From: an uncultured bacterium | GTDB lineage: Bacteria > Verrucomicrobiota > Kiritimatiellia > RFP12 > UBA1067 | Assembly (NCBI GenBank): GCA_902800055.1 | Contig: CADCCW010000016.1 | Coordinates: forward strand, 27,816-91,815 | Direction: 5' to 3' | Length of the DNA: 64,000 bases | Part shown: piece after piece, positions 27,135-38,043 of the stretch | Layout of the letters: the number at the start of each line of letters is the position of its first letter | How positions within the stretch are numbered: position 1 is the first letter of the stretch | Program-made: the position numbers and the translations under genes | Notes under the pieces: generated by a model | What the model was told of the DNA's origin: nothing | The model's database searches: none | What the model saw: only the letters and a program-made list of their open reading frames with translations

Positions 27135-29552
27135 ATGAAAAATCTTCTATTGTCGGTTGCGCTGCTTGCCGCGTGTGCGCAGGCGGAGCAGGTCGCTGAA
27201 GTCAAGGTCAAGGCGCTGGACGGCTTCGGCGGCGACGCGGGGGCGGTGGCGAGCCGGTGCCAGACCAAGGCCGGCGCAGAATACGACCCGGTGACGGTCA
27301 CGCGCGACGTCAATGCGCTCAAGGCCTCGGGCGAGTTCGAGGAGATCTCGGCCGACGCGGTCAAGGGCTTTTCCGGCGGCGTGGACGTCGTCTTCTACGT
27401 CAAGCGCAAGGTGCGCTTCGTCGCCCCGCTCAAGGTGGAGGGCAACGAGTTCTTCGGCGAGTCCAAGGTCGCCAAGGAGGCCGGCCTCAAGGACGGCGCG
27501 CTCTACGGCGAGGCCGATCTTGCCGAGGCGGCGGCCAATGTGCGCAACGCGTACCGCAAGAAGAACTTCGCCGACGTCAAGGTGACTCCGGTGGTCGAGG
27601 TGGTCTCCGCCAACGACGCGAAGATAACCTTCCTCGTCGACGAGGGCGCGCGCCGCAAGGTGCGCTCCTACGTCTTCGACGGCGCCGTCCACGCGGTCGA
27701 GCCCGGCTTCTTCCGCACCATCTCGCCCAACCCCGAGTACGACGGCGGCGAGTTCCCGGTCGACGAGCTCCGCGAGGCGATCAAGGACTACCCGTGGTGG
27801 AACCCGGTCGGCTGGTTCGCCGACGAGCCGGTCTCGCGCGACCAGCTGGCGCAGTGCTGCGACAAGATCGCCGAGGTCTACCGCAACCACGGCTACCTCG
27901 ACGTCGCGGTGACCGGCCCCGAGGAGGTCGACGTCGAGGGCGACCTCAAGGACCTCGTCTTCAAGGTGAAGGAGGGCCCGCAGTACAAGGTCGGGCGCAC
28001 CTCCATCGCCGGGCTCACCCGCTATTCCGAGGCGGCGGTGCGCGAGACGAGCGACCTGCCGCCGGAAGGCACGATCGCAGGCAGGAAGGATCTCGATGAC
28101 GCGGCGCAGCGGGTCAAGGTGGTCGTCGGCTCGGGCGACGTCGGGCTTGCCGACACCCGCGTGGAAGTGCGCCACATCCCTTCGGCGGTCGACCCCTCGA
28201 CGGTCGACATCGTCTTTCAGGTGACCGAGGGCGTGCCAGTCAGGATCAACGAGGTGAAGATCCGCGGCAACGACTACACCAAGGACAAGGTGATCCGCCG
28301 CGAGATCAGCCTCTCGCCCGGCGACCGCATGCTCGAGGACCACGCGGAACGCTCCAAGAAGCGCCTCGAGAACCTCGACTACTTCTCCCGCGTCGGCTAC
28401 TACCTCGAGAAGACCGACCTCGGCAAGGACGCGGACGGCGCGGAGTACCGCAACCTCGTCTACGAGGTGGAGGAGAAGAACACCGGCTCGTTCATGGTCG
28501 GCATCGGCGCGAGCTCGGTCGACTCGGTCTACGTCTCGGCCGAGGTCAACCAGAACAACTTCGACCTCTTCGCACCGGGCAAGTTCTTCCGCGGCGGCGG
28601 GCAGAAGGGCCGCGCCTACATCGCCTGGGGCCCGCGCTACCAGAGCGCCGAGCTCGGCATCGTCGAGCCCTACCTCTTCGGGCGCATGCTGGAGCTCTCG
28701 GTTGACGCCTACCGGCGCATGCGCTGGTACGACGAGTACAACCTCTACCGCAGCGGCGCGAACGCCTCGCTCTCCTACCCGGTCAAGTTCTGGCCCACGT
28801 GGAATCCGTTTGGCCGGCTCGGGATCGGGCTCTCCGGCGAGTACATCCAGTTCGACGACGTGGAGTGGGGGTATTTCTACGATCAGTCTGGCAAGATGGT
28901 CTCGTACATGCAGGAGGAGCGCGAGTATGACGACGCTATCGAGCCAGTGGTGCACCTCTTCTGGACGCGCGACACCCGCGACAGCTTCCGCATGCCGACG
29001 ACTGGCTACCGCACCCGCCTCTTCGCCGACGTCGCGCCGGCCGGCGACAACAAGTACTGGCGGCTGGGCCTGACCCACCGCAGCTACTTCCAGACCTGGA
29101 AGCGCTTCGGCCATGTGTTCATGGTCGGCCTGAGGGCGGAGACGATCGACGCGATCAGCGACGAGGTGCCAATCTACAACCGCATGTTCCTCGGCGGCCC
29201 GAAGTCCATCCGCGGCATCGAGTACCGCAACGTCGCGCCGATGGTGAGCCGCTCTCCCTTCGTCGCGTGGGACGCCTCGCCCTGGGGCGGCCAGTCGCTC
29301 TTCTGCATGAACTTCGAGTACACCATCCCGATCGTCAAGATGTTCCGCTTCGCGGTCTTCAGCGACCTCGGCGGCGTCGGCGTTGACGAGTTCGACTTCA
29401 ACTTCAGCGACACCTTCGCCTGGACGGTCGGCCTCGGACTGCGCCTCGACATCCCGATGTTCCCGATCCGCCTCGACTTCGCCGCCCCGGTCAAGAAGCC
29501 GGACTGGGCCGAGAAGGAGGCGTTCTCGTTCACCATCGGCTACGATTTCTAA
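27135..29552 (+). CDS. bamA: Outer membrane protein assembly factor BamA, probably leaderless
   Basis: POTRA repeats (GNDYTKDKVIRRE), LGGPKSIRG, terminal F; TGGTATAAT ends 7 nt upstream. Confidence 0.92.
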   Translation: MKNLLLSVALLAACAQAEQVAEVKVKALDGFGGDAGAVASRCQTKAGAEYDPVTVTRDVNALKASGEFEEISADAVKGFSGGVDVVFYVKRKVRFVAPLKVEGNEFFGESKVAKEAGLKDGALYGEADLAEAAANVRNAYRKKNFADVKVTPVVEVVSANDAKITFLVDEGARRKVRSYVFDGAVHAVEPGFFRTISPNPEYDGGEFPVDELREAIKDYPWWNPVGWFADEPVSRDQLAQCCDKIAEVYRNHGYLDVAVTGPEEVDVEGDLKDLVFKVKEGPQYKVGRTSIAGLTRYSEAAVRETSDLPPEGTIAGRKDLDDAAQRVKVVVGSGDVGLADTRVEVRHIPSAVDPSTVDIVFQVTEGVPVRINEVKIRGNDYTKDKVIRREISLSPGDRMLEDHAERSKKRLENLDYFSRVGYYLEKTDLGKDADGAEYRNLVYEVEEKNTGSFMVGIGASSVDSVYVSAEVNQNNFDLFAPGKFFRGGGQKGRAYIAWGPRYQSAELGIVEPYLFGRMLELSVDAYRRMRWYDEYNLYRSGANASLSYPVKFWPTWNPFGRLGIGLSGEYIQFDDVEWGYFYDQSGKMVSYMQEEREYDDAIEPVVHLFWTRDTRDSFRMPTTGYRTRLFADVAPAGDNKYWRLGLTHRSYFQTWKRFGHVFMVGLRAETIDAISDEVPIYNRMFLGGPKSIRGIEYRNVAPMVSRSPFVAWDASPWGGQSLFCMNFEYTIPIVKMFRFAVFSDLGGVGVDEFDFNFSDTFAWTVGLGLRLDIPMFPIRLDFAAPVKKPDWAEKEAFSFTIGYDF

Positions 29553-29581
29553 CGCAACATTCCGCAAGGAGGCTACAAGCA

Positions 29582-30142
29582 ATGAAGAAAATCATCATGG
29601 CGGCCTTCGTGGCCGCGGCCATCGCCGCCGGAGCCGAGACCAAGATCGGGACGGTCGATCTGCTGCTCCTGGTGCGCAACCATCCAGACTACGAGCGGAA
29701 CAAGACCTTCCTCTCCGACAAGGACAAGGAGGGACAGAAGAAGCTCGAGGAGATCAAGAAGGAGGGCGACGACCTCCAGGCCGAGGGCAGGAAGCTCGCC
29801 GAGCAGTTCCGCAACCCGATGCTCGCCGAGAAGGCGAAGCAGGAGCTCGAGCAGCAGATCCTCGACATCCAGCAGAAGCTGGCGAAGATCGAGCAGAGCT
29901 ACCGCGCCGAGGCGATGCGCATCCGCGAGGACCTGCAGGGCGACGAGGCGAGGATGCTCAAGTCCACCACCGACGACCTGCGCCGCCGCATCGCGAAGTT
30001 CGCCGAGAAGGGCGGCTACGACCTCATCCTCGACAAGAACGCCGCCCCCTATTCGCGCAAGGCCTTCGACGTGACCGACGACCTGCTCAAGGACATGGGC
30101 GTCGAGCCCGCGAACGCGAAGGGCCGCGATGAGGGCAAGTGA
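29582..30142 (+). CDS. skp: OmpH/Skp periplasmic chaperone
   Basis: Signal peptide, KIGTVD, coiled coil, GYDLILD; lies between bamA and lpxD. Confidence 0.88.
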   Translation: MKKIIMAAFVAAAIAAGAETKIGTVDLLLLVRNHPDYERNKTFLSDKDKEGQKKLEEIKKEGDDLQAEGRKLAEQFRNPMLAEKAKQELEQQILDIQQKLAKIEQSYRAEAMRIREDLQGDEARMLKSTTDDLRRRIAKFAEKGGYDLILDKNAAPYSRKAFDVTDDLLKDMGVEPANAKGRDEGK

Positions 30143-31160
30143 GGTCGCCGCCGCCGTCGGCGGCACGCTCGAGGGCGAGGACGTCGTCATAACCGCCTGC
30201 GCCGGGCTGGAGGAGGCGCGTAAGGGCGACCTGAGCTTCTGCAAGGACCCGAAGCACGTGGCGCTGGTGGAGGGTACGCTGGCGTCGGCGGTGCTGCTGC
30301 CGCCGGACTGGAGCCGCGGCGCGCCCTGCTCGGTCATCCGCGTGGCCGACCCCGACCACGCCTGCATGGCCGCCGCGAAGCTGCTCGCCCCGCCGGAGCC
30401 GAAGCGCGCGCCCGGCATCCACCCGACCGCAATCGTCGACCCGTCGGCCAAGATCGGCGACAGCGTCCACATCGGCCCCTTCACCGTGGTCGAGAAGGGC
30501 GCGGTGATCGGCGACCGCGCAGTCGTCGAGGCCCAGGTGTTCGTCGGCGAGGGCTGCCGCGTCGGCTGCGGCAGCCACATCTACCCGCAGGTCACGCTCC
30601 GCGAGGGGACGATCGTCGGCGCCGACTGCATCCTCCACTGCGGCGTGCGGCTGGGCGGGGACGGCTACGGCTTCGTCAACATGCGCCGCGAGGACGGCTC
30701 GATCTCCATCGAGAAGATACCCCAGCTCGGCATCGTGGAGATCGGCGACGGGGTGGAGATCGGCTCCAACACCACCGTCGACCGCGCGCGCATCGGCCGT
30801 ACCTACATCGGTCCCATGACCAAGATCGACAACCTGGTGCAGATCGGCCACAACGTGAAGATCAAGGGATATTCAGGCCTCATCGCCCAGTCGGGCGTGG
30901 CCGGCTCCACCGAGATCGGCTACGGCTGCCTCATCTGGGCCCAGGCCGGAATCTCCGGCCACATCAAGATCGCGGACGGCGTGCAGGTCGGCCCCCAGGC
31001 CGGCGTGCCGCAGTCGCTCGACGGCACCCAGAAGTACGTGATCGGCTCGCCCGCGATGTCGCTCCGGGACGTGGCCGCGATCTCGCTCGCGCCGAAGATG
31101 ATCCAGAAGCTCAAGGGCGAGGTGAAGGCGCTGAAGGAGGCCCTGGCCGCCAGGCGGTGA
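30129..31160 (+). CDS. lpxD: UDP-3-O-acylglucosamine N-acyltransferase
   Basis: Hexapeptide repeats, [16 protein letters not shown]. Confidence 0.95.
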   Translation: MRASEVAAAVGGTLEGEDVVITACAGLEEARKGDLSFCKDPKHVALVEGTLASAVLLPPDWSRGAPCSVIRVADPDHACMAAAKLLAPPEPKRAPGIHPTAIVDPSAKIGDSVHIGPFTVVEKGAVIGDRAVVEAQVFVGEGCRVGCGSHIYPQVTLREGTIVGADCILHCGVRLGGDGYGFVNMRREDGSISIEKIPQLGIVEIGDGVEIGSNTTVDRARIGRTYIGPMTKIDNLVQIGHNVKIKGYSGLIAQSGVAGSTEIGYGCLIWAQAGISGHIKIADGVQVGPQAGVPQSLDGTQKYVIGSPAMSLRDVAAISLAPKMIQKLKGEVKALKEALAARR

Positions 31161-31163
31161 CGG

Positions 31164-31841
31164 ATGGAGATCCTGCTCGTCGAGGATGAGCGCGTCATCC
31201 GCGCGCACTACGTCTCGATCCTCGAAGGAGAGGGGTTTTCGGTGCGCGCCGCGAAGGACGGCGCGCAGGCGCTCGAGGAGTTCGCCAGGCGTCGCCCCGA
31301 CCTCGCCGTCCTCGACCTCGACCTTCCCAAGGTGGCCGGCTTCCGCGTCTGCGAGGAGTTCCGCCGCGCCGCCCCGTCGATGCCGATTGTCATCCTCACC
31401 GCCAATGCCTCGGACGCGAACGAGGTGCGCGCGCTCGGGCTGGGCGCCGACGACTTCTGCGCCAAGACCGAGTCGGCCGAAGTGGTGCTCGCCCGCGTGC
31501 GCCGCGCCGCCGAGCGCGCCGCGGCGCTGGCGCCGGCGGGCGGGATGCCAAAGATCGTGAAGCTCGGGCAGGTGGAGGTGGACACCGCCACCATGGTGGT
31601 GTCGCACGGCGGCGGCGCGGAGCGTCTCACCCGCGGCGAGATGGACGTCTTTACGCTGCTCTGGGAGGCGAACGGGCGCATGTGCCGCCCCGAGGAGCTG
31701 CTCGACGCGATGCGCGGGCGCGGCTCGCCCTGCGACATCGCGGTGCTCTATGTGTTCATCTCCGGCCTGCGCCGCAAGCTGGGGCCGGCCGGCGGGCTCA
31801 TCGACAACCGGCGGCGCGTCGGATACAGGCTTATACGCTGA
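31164..31841 (+). CDS. OmpR-family response regulator (no kinase in window)
   Basis: LLVEDE, LDLDLP, C-terminal winged helix ending RRVGYRL. Confidence 0.88.
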   Translation: MEILLVEDERVIRAHYVSILEGEGFSVRAAKDGAQALEEFARRRPDLAVLDLDLPKVAGFRVCEEFRRAAPSMPIVILTANASDANEVRALGLGADDFCAKTESAEVVLARVRRAAERAAALAPAGGMPKIVKLGQVEVDTATMVVSHGGGAERLTRGEMDVFTLLWEANGRMCRPEELLDAMRGRGSPCDIAVLYVFISGLRRKLGPAGGLIDNRRRVGYRLIR

Positions 31842-31854
31842 AGGGAGGAAGAAG

Positions 31855-33789
31855 ATGACTGCGGCAATTCTGGCGACGGCGCTTGCGTTCGTCGATCCAA
31901 TGATCGGCACCGAGGGCACAGGCAGCGAATACGGCGGCATGATGCCGATGACCGGCGTGCCGTTCGGCTCGATGCACCTGGTGCCGGTGACGCGCACCAA
32001 CGCCGTCGGGCGCACGAGCTTCAATGCGCTCGACCGCGAGCTGCTCGGCTTCGTCCTGACGCGCCAGCCTGCTATCTGGATGGGCGAGTTCGGCCCCGTG
32101 CGCATCTGGCTTGACCGGCCGCTGCCGCTCGAGTCGGTCGAGGCGCATCCGTGGCAGACGACGGTCAAGGCCGGCGGCAGGACCTACGAGCTCGCGGCGA
32201 CCTCGCATGGCGCGCTCATCCGGTCCGACGACCCCGCGCTGGGGGCGAAGCTTGCGGACGAGGGCGCCACCTCCGAGCGGACGGTGCGCGTCTCGACGCT
32301 GCCGATCCCGAACTTCGCCTGCCACTGGTCGAAGCGCCGCGAGGGGTCGATGCTCGCGATAGGCGTTTCGCTCATTGACGCGGAGCGGGCGCGAAGGCAC
32401 CGCCCGAAATGCGACGACAAGTCATTCGGCGAAGTCGTCGTCGCCGCCTGGCGCGCCTGGGACGGGTTCTTCGAGCGGGTGTCGATCTCCGCACCCAACC
32501 GGGTGAGGAAGATCTTCTACACCGGCCTCTACCACGCGCTCCTCTATCCGCGCAACCTTTCCGAGGAGGGGAAATACTACTCGGCGGTCGACGACCGCGT
32601 CCACGAGGGCCCCGGCTACAGCTGTTTTTCGCTCTGGGACACCTACCGCAGCGAGCATCCGCTCCTGACGCTTATCGCGCCCGAGCGCGCCGGCGCGATG
32701 TGCCAGTCGCTGGTCGACATGTACAAGTGGGGCGGATGGCTCCCGATCTGGCCGAACCCCGGCTACACCGGCGTCATGATCGGCGACCCGGCGGCGATCG
32801 TCCTCTCCGAGGCGTATGTGAAGGGCGTCGGCGGCTTCGACGCGAACGAGGCGTTCGCGGCATGCCTCAAGAACGCGGACGTACCGCAGCCGGACGACGA
32901 GAGCCGCACCTGGCTTGACGTCGGCAAGGACGAGAAGGGCTGCCCCGAGACGCGGGGCGGACTTACCTGGTACCTTTCCCACGGCTACGTGGCGCACGAC
33001 AAGACGGTCGAGTCTGTCTCGCGCACGCTCGACTACTCGCTCGCGGACGCGTCGATCGCCAAGTTCGCGGCGGCGCTGGGGCGGAAGGACGAGGCGAAGC
33101 GCTTCGCCGCGCGCGCGAAGAACTACACCAACCTCTGGTGCGCGGCGGAGAGGTGCTTTCTGCCGAAGGGGACGGACGGGAGGTGGGCGGATCCAAAGAC
33201 CCTCGTTTGGGAGAACCACGCCTACACCGAGACGAACGAAAGGAGCGCGCGCTGGTGCGTGCCGCACGACGTCGAGGGGCTGGTCGCGCTGATGGGCGGC
33301 CCGGACGAATTCGAGCGCGAGCTCGACAAGTTCTTCGAGACCGACTTCTACAAGACCGACACCGTCGGCAACTCGTCTGTCCACGGCAACGAGACCTGCC
33401 ACCACGTCGCCTACCTCTACAACCGCATCGGCCGCTACGACAAGACCTGTCGCCGCGTCCGCGACATCCTCGAGCGCTGCTACTCCGACAGCCGCCGCGG
33501 CTTCGACGGCAACGAGGACTGCGGGGCGATGAGCTCGTGGTACATCCTCTCCTCGCTCGGGTTCTATCCGCTCGACCCGGCCTCGGGCGAATACGAGCTC
33601 GGCTCGCCGCTCGTCGACGGCGCCACGCTCCGCCTCGGCTCCAGGAAGCTGGACATCGTGGTCGTCCGCGAGGATTCGTCCGCCTGGCGCACGAAGCGGG
33701 TGACGCTGAACGGCCGTGAGCTCGCCAACCGCCGCGTCGCCCACGCGGATCTCGTCGCCGGCGGCGAGCTCCGCTTCGAGCTCGACTGA
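31855..33789 (+). CDS. GH92 alpha-mannosidase family protein
   Basis: FVDPMIGT, SLWDTYR, SRTLDYS, HGNE, GNEDCGAMSSWY. Confidence 0.88.
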   Translation: MTAAILATALAFVDPMIGTEGTGSEYGGMMPMTGVPFGSMHLVPVTRTNAVGRTSFNALDRELLGFVLTRQPAIWMGEFGPVRIWLDRPLPLESVEAHPWQTTVKAGGRTYELAATSHGALIRSDDPALGAKLADEGATSERTVRVSTLPIPNFACHWSKRREGSMLAIGVSLIDAERARRHRPKCDDKSFGEVVVAAWRAWDGFFERVSISAPNRVRKIFYTGLYHALLYPRNLSEEGKYYSAVDDRVHEGPGYSCFSLWDTYRSEHPLLTLIAPERAGAMCQSLVDMYKWGGWLPIWPNPGYTGVMIGDPAAIVLSEAYVKGVGGFDANEAFAACLKNADVPQPDDESRTWLDVGKDEKGCPETRGGLTWYLSHGYVAHDKTVESVSRTLDYSLADASIAKFAAALGRKDEAKRFAARAKNYTNLWCAAERCFLPKGTDGRWADPKTLVWENHAYTETNERSARWCVPHDVEGLVALMGGPDEFERELDKFFETDFYKTDTVGNSSVHGNETCHHVAYLYNRIGRYDKTCRRVRDILERCYSDSRRGFDGNEDCGAMSSWYILSSLGFYPLDPASGEYELGSPLVDGATLRLGSRKLDIVVVREDSSAWRTKRVTLNGRELANRRVAHADLVAGGELRFELD

Positions 33790-33869
33790 CTTAGTCCTGG
33801 TCTTGAAACCGCCAGAAGCGCGGATTTTTGGTATAATACACAAACTAAACCAAAAACAAGGAAACAACC

Positions 33870-35423
33870 ATGTTTGACTGGACAGTTCTCGGGTCGTTCG
33901 TCGGCTATCTATTCGTCATGCTCTGGATCGGCTTCTTCTTCTCGAAGAAGCAGTCCAACCTCGGCGACTACTACCTCGGCGGCAGAAAGATGAACAAGTG
34001 GGTCGTCGCGCTCTCGGCGCAGGCCTCCGACATGTCGGGGTGGCTCCTGATGGGTCTCCCGGGCGCGCTCTACCTCGGCGGGTTCTCCGAGGCGTGGATC
34101 GGCATCGGGCTGCTGATCGGCACCTACCTCAACTGGAAGATCGTGGCCCAGCGCCTGCGCCGCTACTCCCAGGTCTGCGGCGACTCGATCACCATCCCGG
34201 ACTTCATCTGCAACCGCTTCCGCGACAAGACCGGCGCGTCGCGCGTCATCGCGGCGGTGATCATCCTCGTCTTCTTCACCTTCTACACCGCCTCCGGCTT
34301 CGTGGGCGCGGCCAAGCTCTTCTCCACGATATTCCCGATCAGCTACTCGACCGCGCTCTGGATCGGCGCGGCGGTCGTCGTCTCGTACACGCTCCTCGGC
34401 GGCTACATGGCGGTGTGCTGGACGGACTTCATCCAGGGCTCGCTCATGTTCGTCGCCATCGTGCTCGTCCCGGCCATCGTGATCTGCGACGCCGGCGGCT
34501 TCGCCGCGACGGTCGACTCGCTCAACGAGATCAACCCGTTCCTGCAGTCGCTCTTCACCAACGCCTCCACCGGCAAGGCGGTCGGCTTCATCGGCCTCGC
34601 CTCGTGCATGGCGTGGGGCCTCGGCTACTTCGGCATGCCGCACATCCTCGTCCGGTTCATGTCCATCAACAACCCGGCCGAGGTGAAGGGCTCGCGCCGC
34701 ATCGCGATGACCTGGGTCGCGATCTCCCTCGGCGCGGCGACCGTGATCGGACTCGTCTTCCACCTCTTCCTGAAGCAGCGCGGCCTTACCCTCGCTGACG
34801 TCGGCAACGACCCCGAGAAGTGCTTCATGGTCATGATCAACTCCATCTTCAGCAACGGCTTCGCGGCGCGCGTGTTCGCCGGCGTGCTCCTCTCGGCGAT
34901 CCTCGCCGCGATCATGTCGACGGCCGACAGCCAGCTGCTCGTCTCGGCGTCGTCCTTCACCAACGACATCTACCGGCGCGTGAAGAAGAGCGCCTCCAAC
35001 CGCGAGCTGGTGATGATCTCCCGCCTCGCCGTCGCCGCGGTCGCGCTCGTCGCCGCGTTCATGTCGATGAACCAGGAGAGCGACTTCTTCAAGGCCGTGA
35101 TGAAGATGGTGTCGTTCGCGTGGGGCGGCTTCGGCGCGGCGTTCGGCCCGCTGATCCTCTTGGCGCTCTTCTGGCGGCGCGTCAACCTCGCCGGCGCGGT
35201 CTCGGGCATGGTCGTCGGCACCGTGACCTGCTTCGTGTGGAAGTTCGTCCTCTCCGGCTACGCCGCCGACTACCCGATCTTCGGGCTCTACGAGCTCGCG
35301 CCGGGCTTCGTCCTTTCGTTCGCGGTGACGGTCGTGGTCTCGCTCCTGACCGCCCGTCCGTCCGCCGAGATGCTCGCCGAGTTCGACCGCGTGGATGCGG
35401 AGACGGACAGGAAGCAGGCCTAA
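33870..35423 (+). CDS. putP: Sodium/proline symporter
   Basis: ALSAQASDMSGWLLMGLPG, WGLGYFGMPHIL, MSTADSQLL. Confidence 0.93.
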   Translation: MFDWTVLGSFVGYLFVMLWIGFFFSKKQSNLGDYYLGGRKMNKWVVALSAQASDMSGWLLMGLPGALYLGGFSEAWIGIGLLIGTYLNWKIVAQRLRRYSQVCGDSITIPDFICNRFRDKTGASRVIAAVIILVFFTFYTASGFVGAAKLFSTIFPISYSTALWIGAAVVVSYTLLGGYMAVCWTDFIQGSLMFVAIVLVPAIVICDAGGFAATVDSLNEINPFLQSLFTNASTGKAVGFIGLASCMAWGLGYFGMPHILVRFMSINNPAEVKGSRRIAMTWVAISLGAATVIGLVFHLFLKQRGLTLADVGNDPEKCFMVMINSIFSNGFAARVFAGVLLSAILAAIMSTADSQLLVSASSFTNDIYRRVKKSASNRELVMISRLAVAAVALVAAFMSMNQESDFFKAVMKMVSFAWGGFGAAFGPLILLALFWRRVNLAGAVSGMVVGTVTCFVWKFVLSGYAADYPIFGLYELAPGFVLSFAVTVVVSLLTARPSAEMLAEFDRVDAETDRKQA

Positions 35424-35436
35424 GGGGGAGGTAAAG

Positions 35437-35643
35437 ATGGCAAAGCTGACATTCAGGGAGGACCTCTGCAAGGGATGCGGGCTCTGCGTGACCGCGTGCC
35501 CGAAGAAGATCCTGTCTATATCCAAGACCAAGCTCAACCACAAGGGCCACGCCCCGGTCGAGCTGACGAAGCCGGAGGAGTGCGTCGGCTGCGCGAGCTG
35601 CGCGCTGATGTGCCCCGACTGCGTGATAACGGTGGAGAGGTAA
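35437..35643 (+). CDS. 2x[4Fe-4S] ferredoxin (delta subunit of the 2-oxoacid oxidoreductase)
   Basis: CKGCGLCVTACP and CVGCASCALMCP. Confidence 0.92.
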   Translation: MAKLTFREDLCKGCGLCVTACPKKILSISKTKLNHKGHAPVELTKPEECVGCASCALMCPDCVITVER

Positions 35644-35644
35644 G

Positions 35645-36709
35645 ATGAGCGAAAAGGTACTGATGAAGGGCAACGAGGCGATAGCCGAGGCGGCGATCCG
35701 CTGCGGCTGCCGCCACTACTTCGGCTATCCCATCACGCCGCAGACCGAGATTGCGGCGTACATGTCGAAGCGCATGCCGAAGATCGGCGGCACGTTCCTC
35801 CAGGCGGAGAGCGAGATCGCCGCGATCAACATGGTCTACGGCTGCGCCGCCACCGGCCGGCGCGCGATGACCTCGAGCTCGAGCCCGGGCATCTCGCTCA
35901 AGGCCGAGGGCATGAGCTACCTCGCCGGCGCGGACCTTCCCGCGCTCATCGTCAACGTCCAGCGCGGCGGTCCCGGCCTCGGCGGCATCCAGCCGTCGCA
36001 GTCCGACTACTTCTTCATGACCCGCGGCCCCGGCCACGGCGACTTCCACATCATCGTCCTCGCGCCGGCGACGGTGCAGGAGATGGCCGACATGACCCGC
36101 CTCGCGTTCGAGCTCGGCGAGAAGTACCGCATGCCCGCGATGCTGCTCGCGGACGGCACGATGGGCCAGATGATGGAGCCGGTCGTCCTGCCCGGCGACA
36201 CCGTCGACCCCGAGACGATCCCCGCGACCAAGCCCTGGGCCACGACCGGCACCCAGATGAAGCGCCCGCACAACATCGTCAACTCCCTCTACCTCAAGCC
36301 CGACGAGCTCGAGAAGACGAACTTCGAGCGCTTCGAGCGCTACGCGAGGCTGGAGAAGGAGGAGTGCCGCTGGGAGGAGTACCTCATGGACGACGCGGAG
36401 GTCTGCGTCGTCTCGGTCGGCATCACCGCGCGCGTCGCCAAGAACGCGATCGTCGCGGCGCGCAAGGAGGGCGTCAAGGTCGGCATGATCCGCCCGATCA
36501 CCCTCTACCCGTTCCCGAAGGCGGCGCTCGCCGCCGCCGCGAAGAAGGTGAAGGCGTTCCTCACCGTCGAGCTCAACATGGGCCAGATGAACGAGGACGT
36601 ACGGCTCGCGGTCGAATGCTCGCGGAAGGTCGCGATGTGCAACCGCGTCGGCGGCATGATCCCGAGCGCCGACGAGGTGCTCGAGGCGATCAGGAAGGAG
36701 GCGAAGTAA
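35645..36709 (+). CDS. vorB: 2-oxoacid:ferredoxin oxidoreductase alpha subunit (VorB-like)
   Basis: GNEAIAE, GYPITPQTE, ESEIAA, SSSPG. Confidence 0.85.
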   Translation: MSEKVLMKGNEAIAEAAIRCGCRHYFGYPITPQTEIAAYMSKRMPKIGGTFLQAESEIAAINMVYGCAATGRRAMTSSSSPGISLKAEGMSYLAGADLPALIVNVQRGGPGLGGIQPSQSDYFFMTRGPGHGDFHIIVLAPATVQEMADMTRLAFELGEKYRMPAMLLADGTMGQMMEPVVLPGDTVDPETIPATKPWATTGTQMKRPHNIVNSLYLKPDELEKTNFERFERYARLEKEECRWEEYLMDDAEVCVVSVGITARVAKNAIVAARKEGVKVGMIRPITLYPFPKAALAAAAKKVKAFLTVELNMGQMNEDVRLAVECSRKVAMCNRVGGMIPSADEVLEAIRKEAK

Positions 36710-36710
36710 A

Positions 36711-37448
<738 letters not shown>

Positions 37449-37494
37449 TCTAGAGGCCCTAGATTCTTTAGATGCCTAGAAAGGGGATTTCAAG

Positions 37495-38043
37495 ATGACA
37501 TACGAAACGATAATGGCGGGCTTCGGCGGACAGGGGCTGCTCTTCTCCGGCAAGGTGCTGGCGCACGCGGCGCTCATCGAGGGCAGGGAGCTCTCGTGGC
37601 TGCCGTCATACGGTCCCGAGATGCGCGGCGGCACCTGCAACTGCTCGGTGATCGTCTCCGACGAGCCGGTCGGCTCGCCGATCATCGCCCACCCGAACGT
37701 CCTCATGGTCATGAACGAGCCGTCGATCGACAAGTTCGAGCCGGCCGTGGCCGCCGGCGGCACGGTTTTCGTCGACTCCTCGCTCATCTCGCGCAAGGTC
37801 GCGCGCGACGACGTCGAGGCCGTCTACATCCCCGCCACCGAGATGGCCAAGGACATGGGCGCGGCCGGCCTCGCCAACATGATCCTCCTCGGCGCGATCG
37901 TGCGCCGGACCGGCTGCGTCAAGTCCGAGACGGTGACCCAGGCCCTCAAGGAGGTCATCTCCGCGCGCAAGGCGGACCTCCTCGGCCTCAACCTCAAGGC
38001 GGTGGAGCTTGGCGAGAAGTACATCGAGGAGCACGGACAATGA
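37495..38043 (+). CDS. 2-oxoacid:ferredoxin oxidoreductase gamma subunit
   Basis: GFGGQG, SYGPEMRGG, ANMILLG. Confidence 0.92.
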   Translation: MTYETIMAGFGGQGLLFSGKVLAHAALIEGRELSWLPSYGPEMRGGTCNCSVIVSDEPVGSPIIAHPNVLMVMNEPSIDKFEPAVAAGGTVFVDSSLISRKVARDDVEAVYIPATEMAKDMGAAGLANMILLGAIVRRTGCVKSETVTQALKEVISARKADLLGLNLKAVELGEKYIEEHGQ

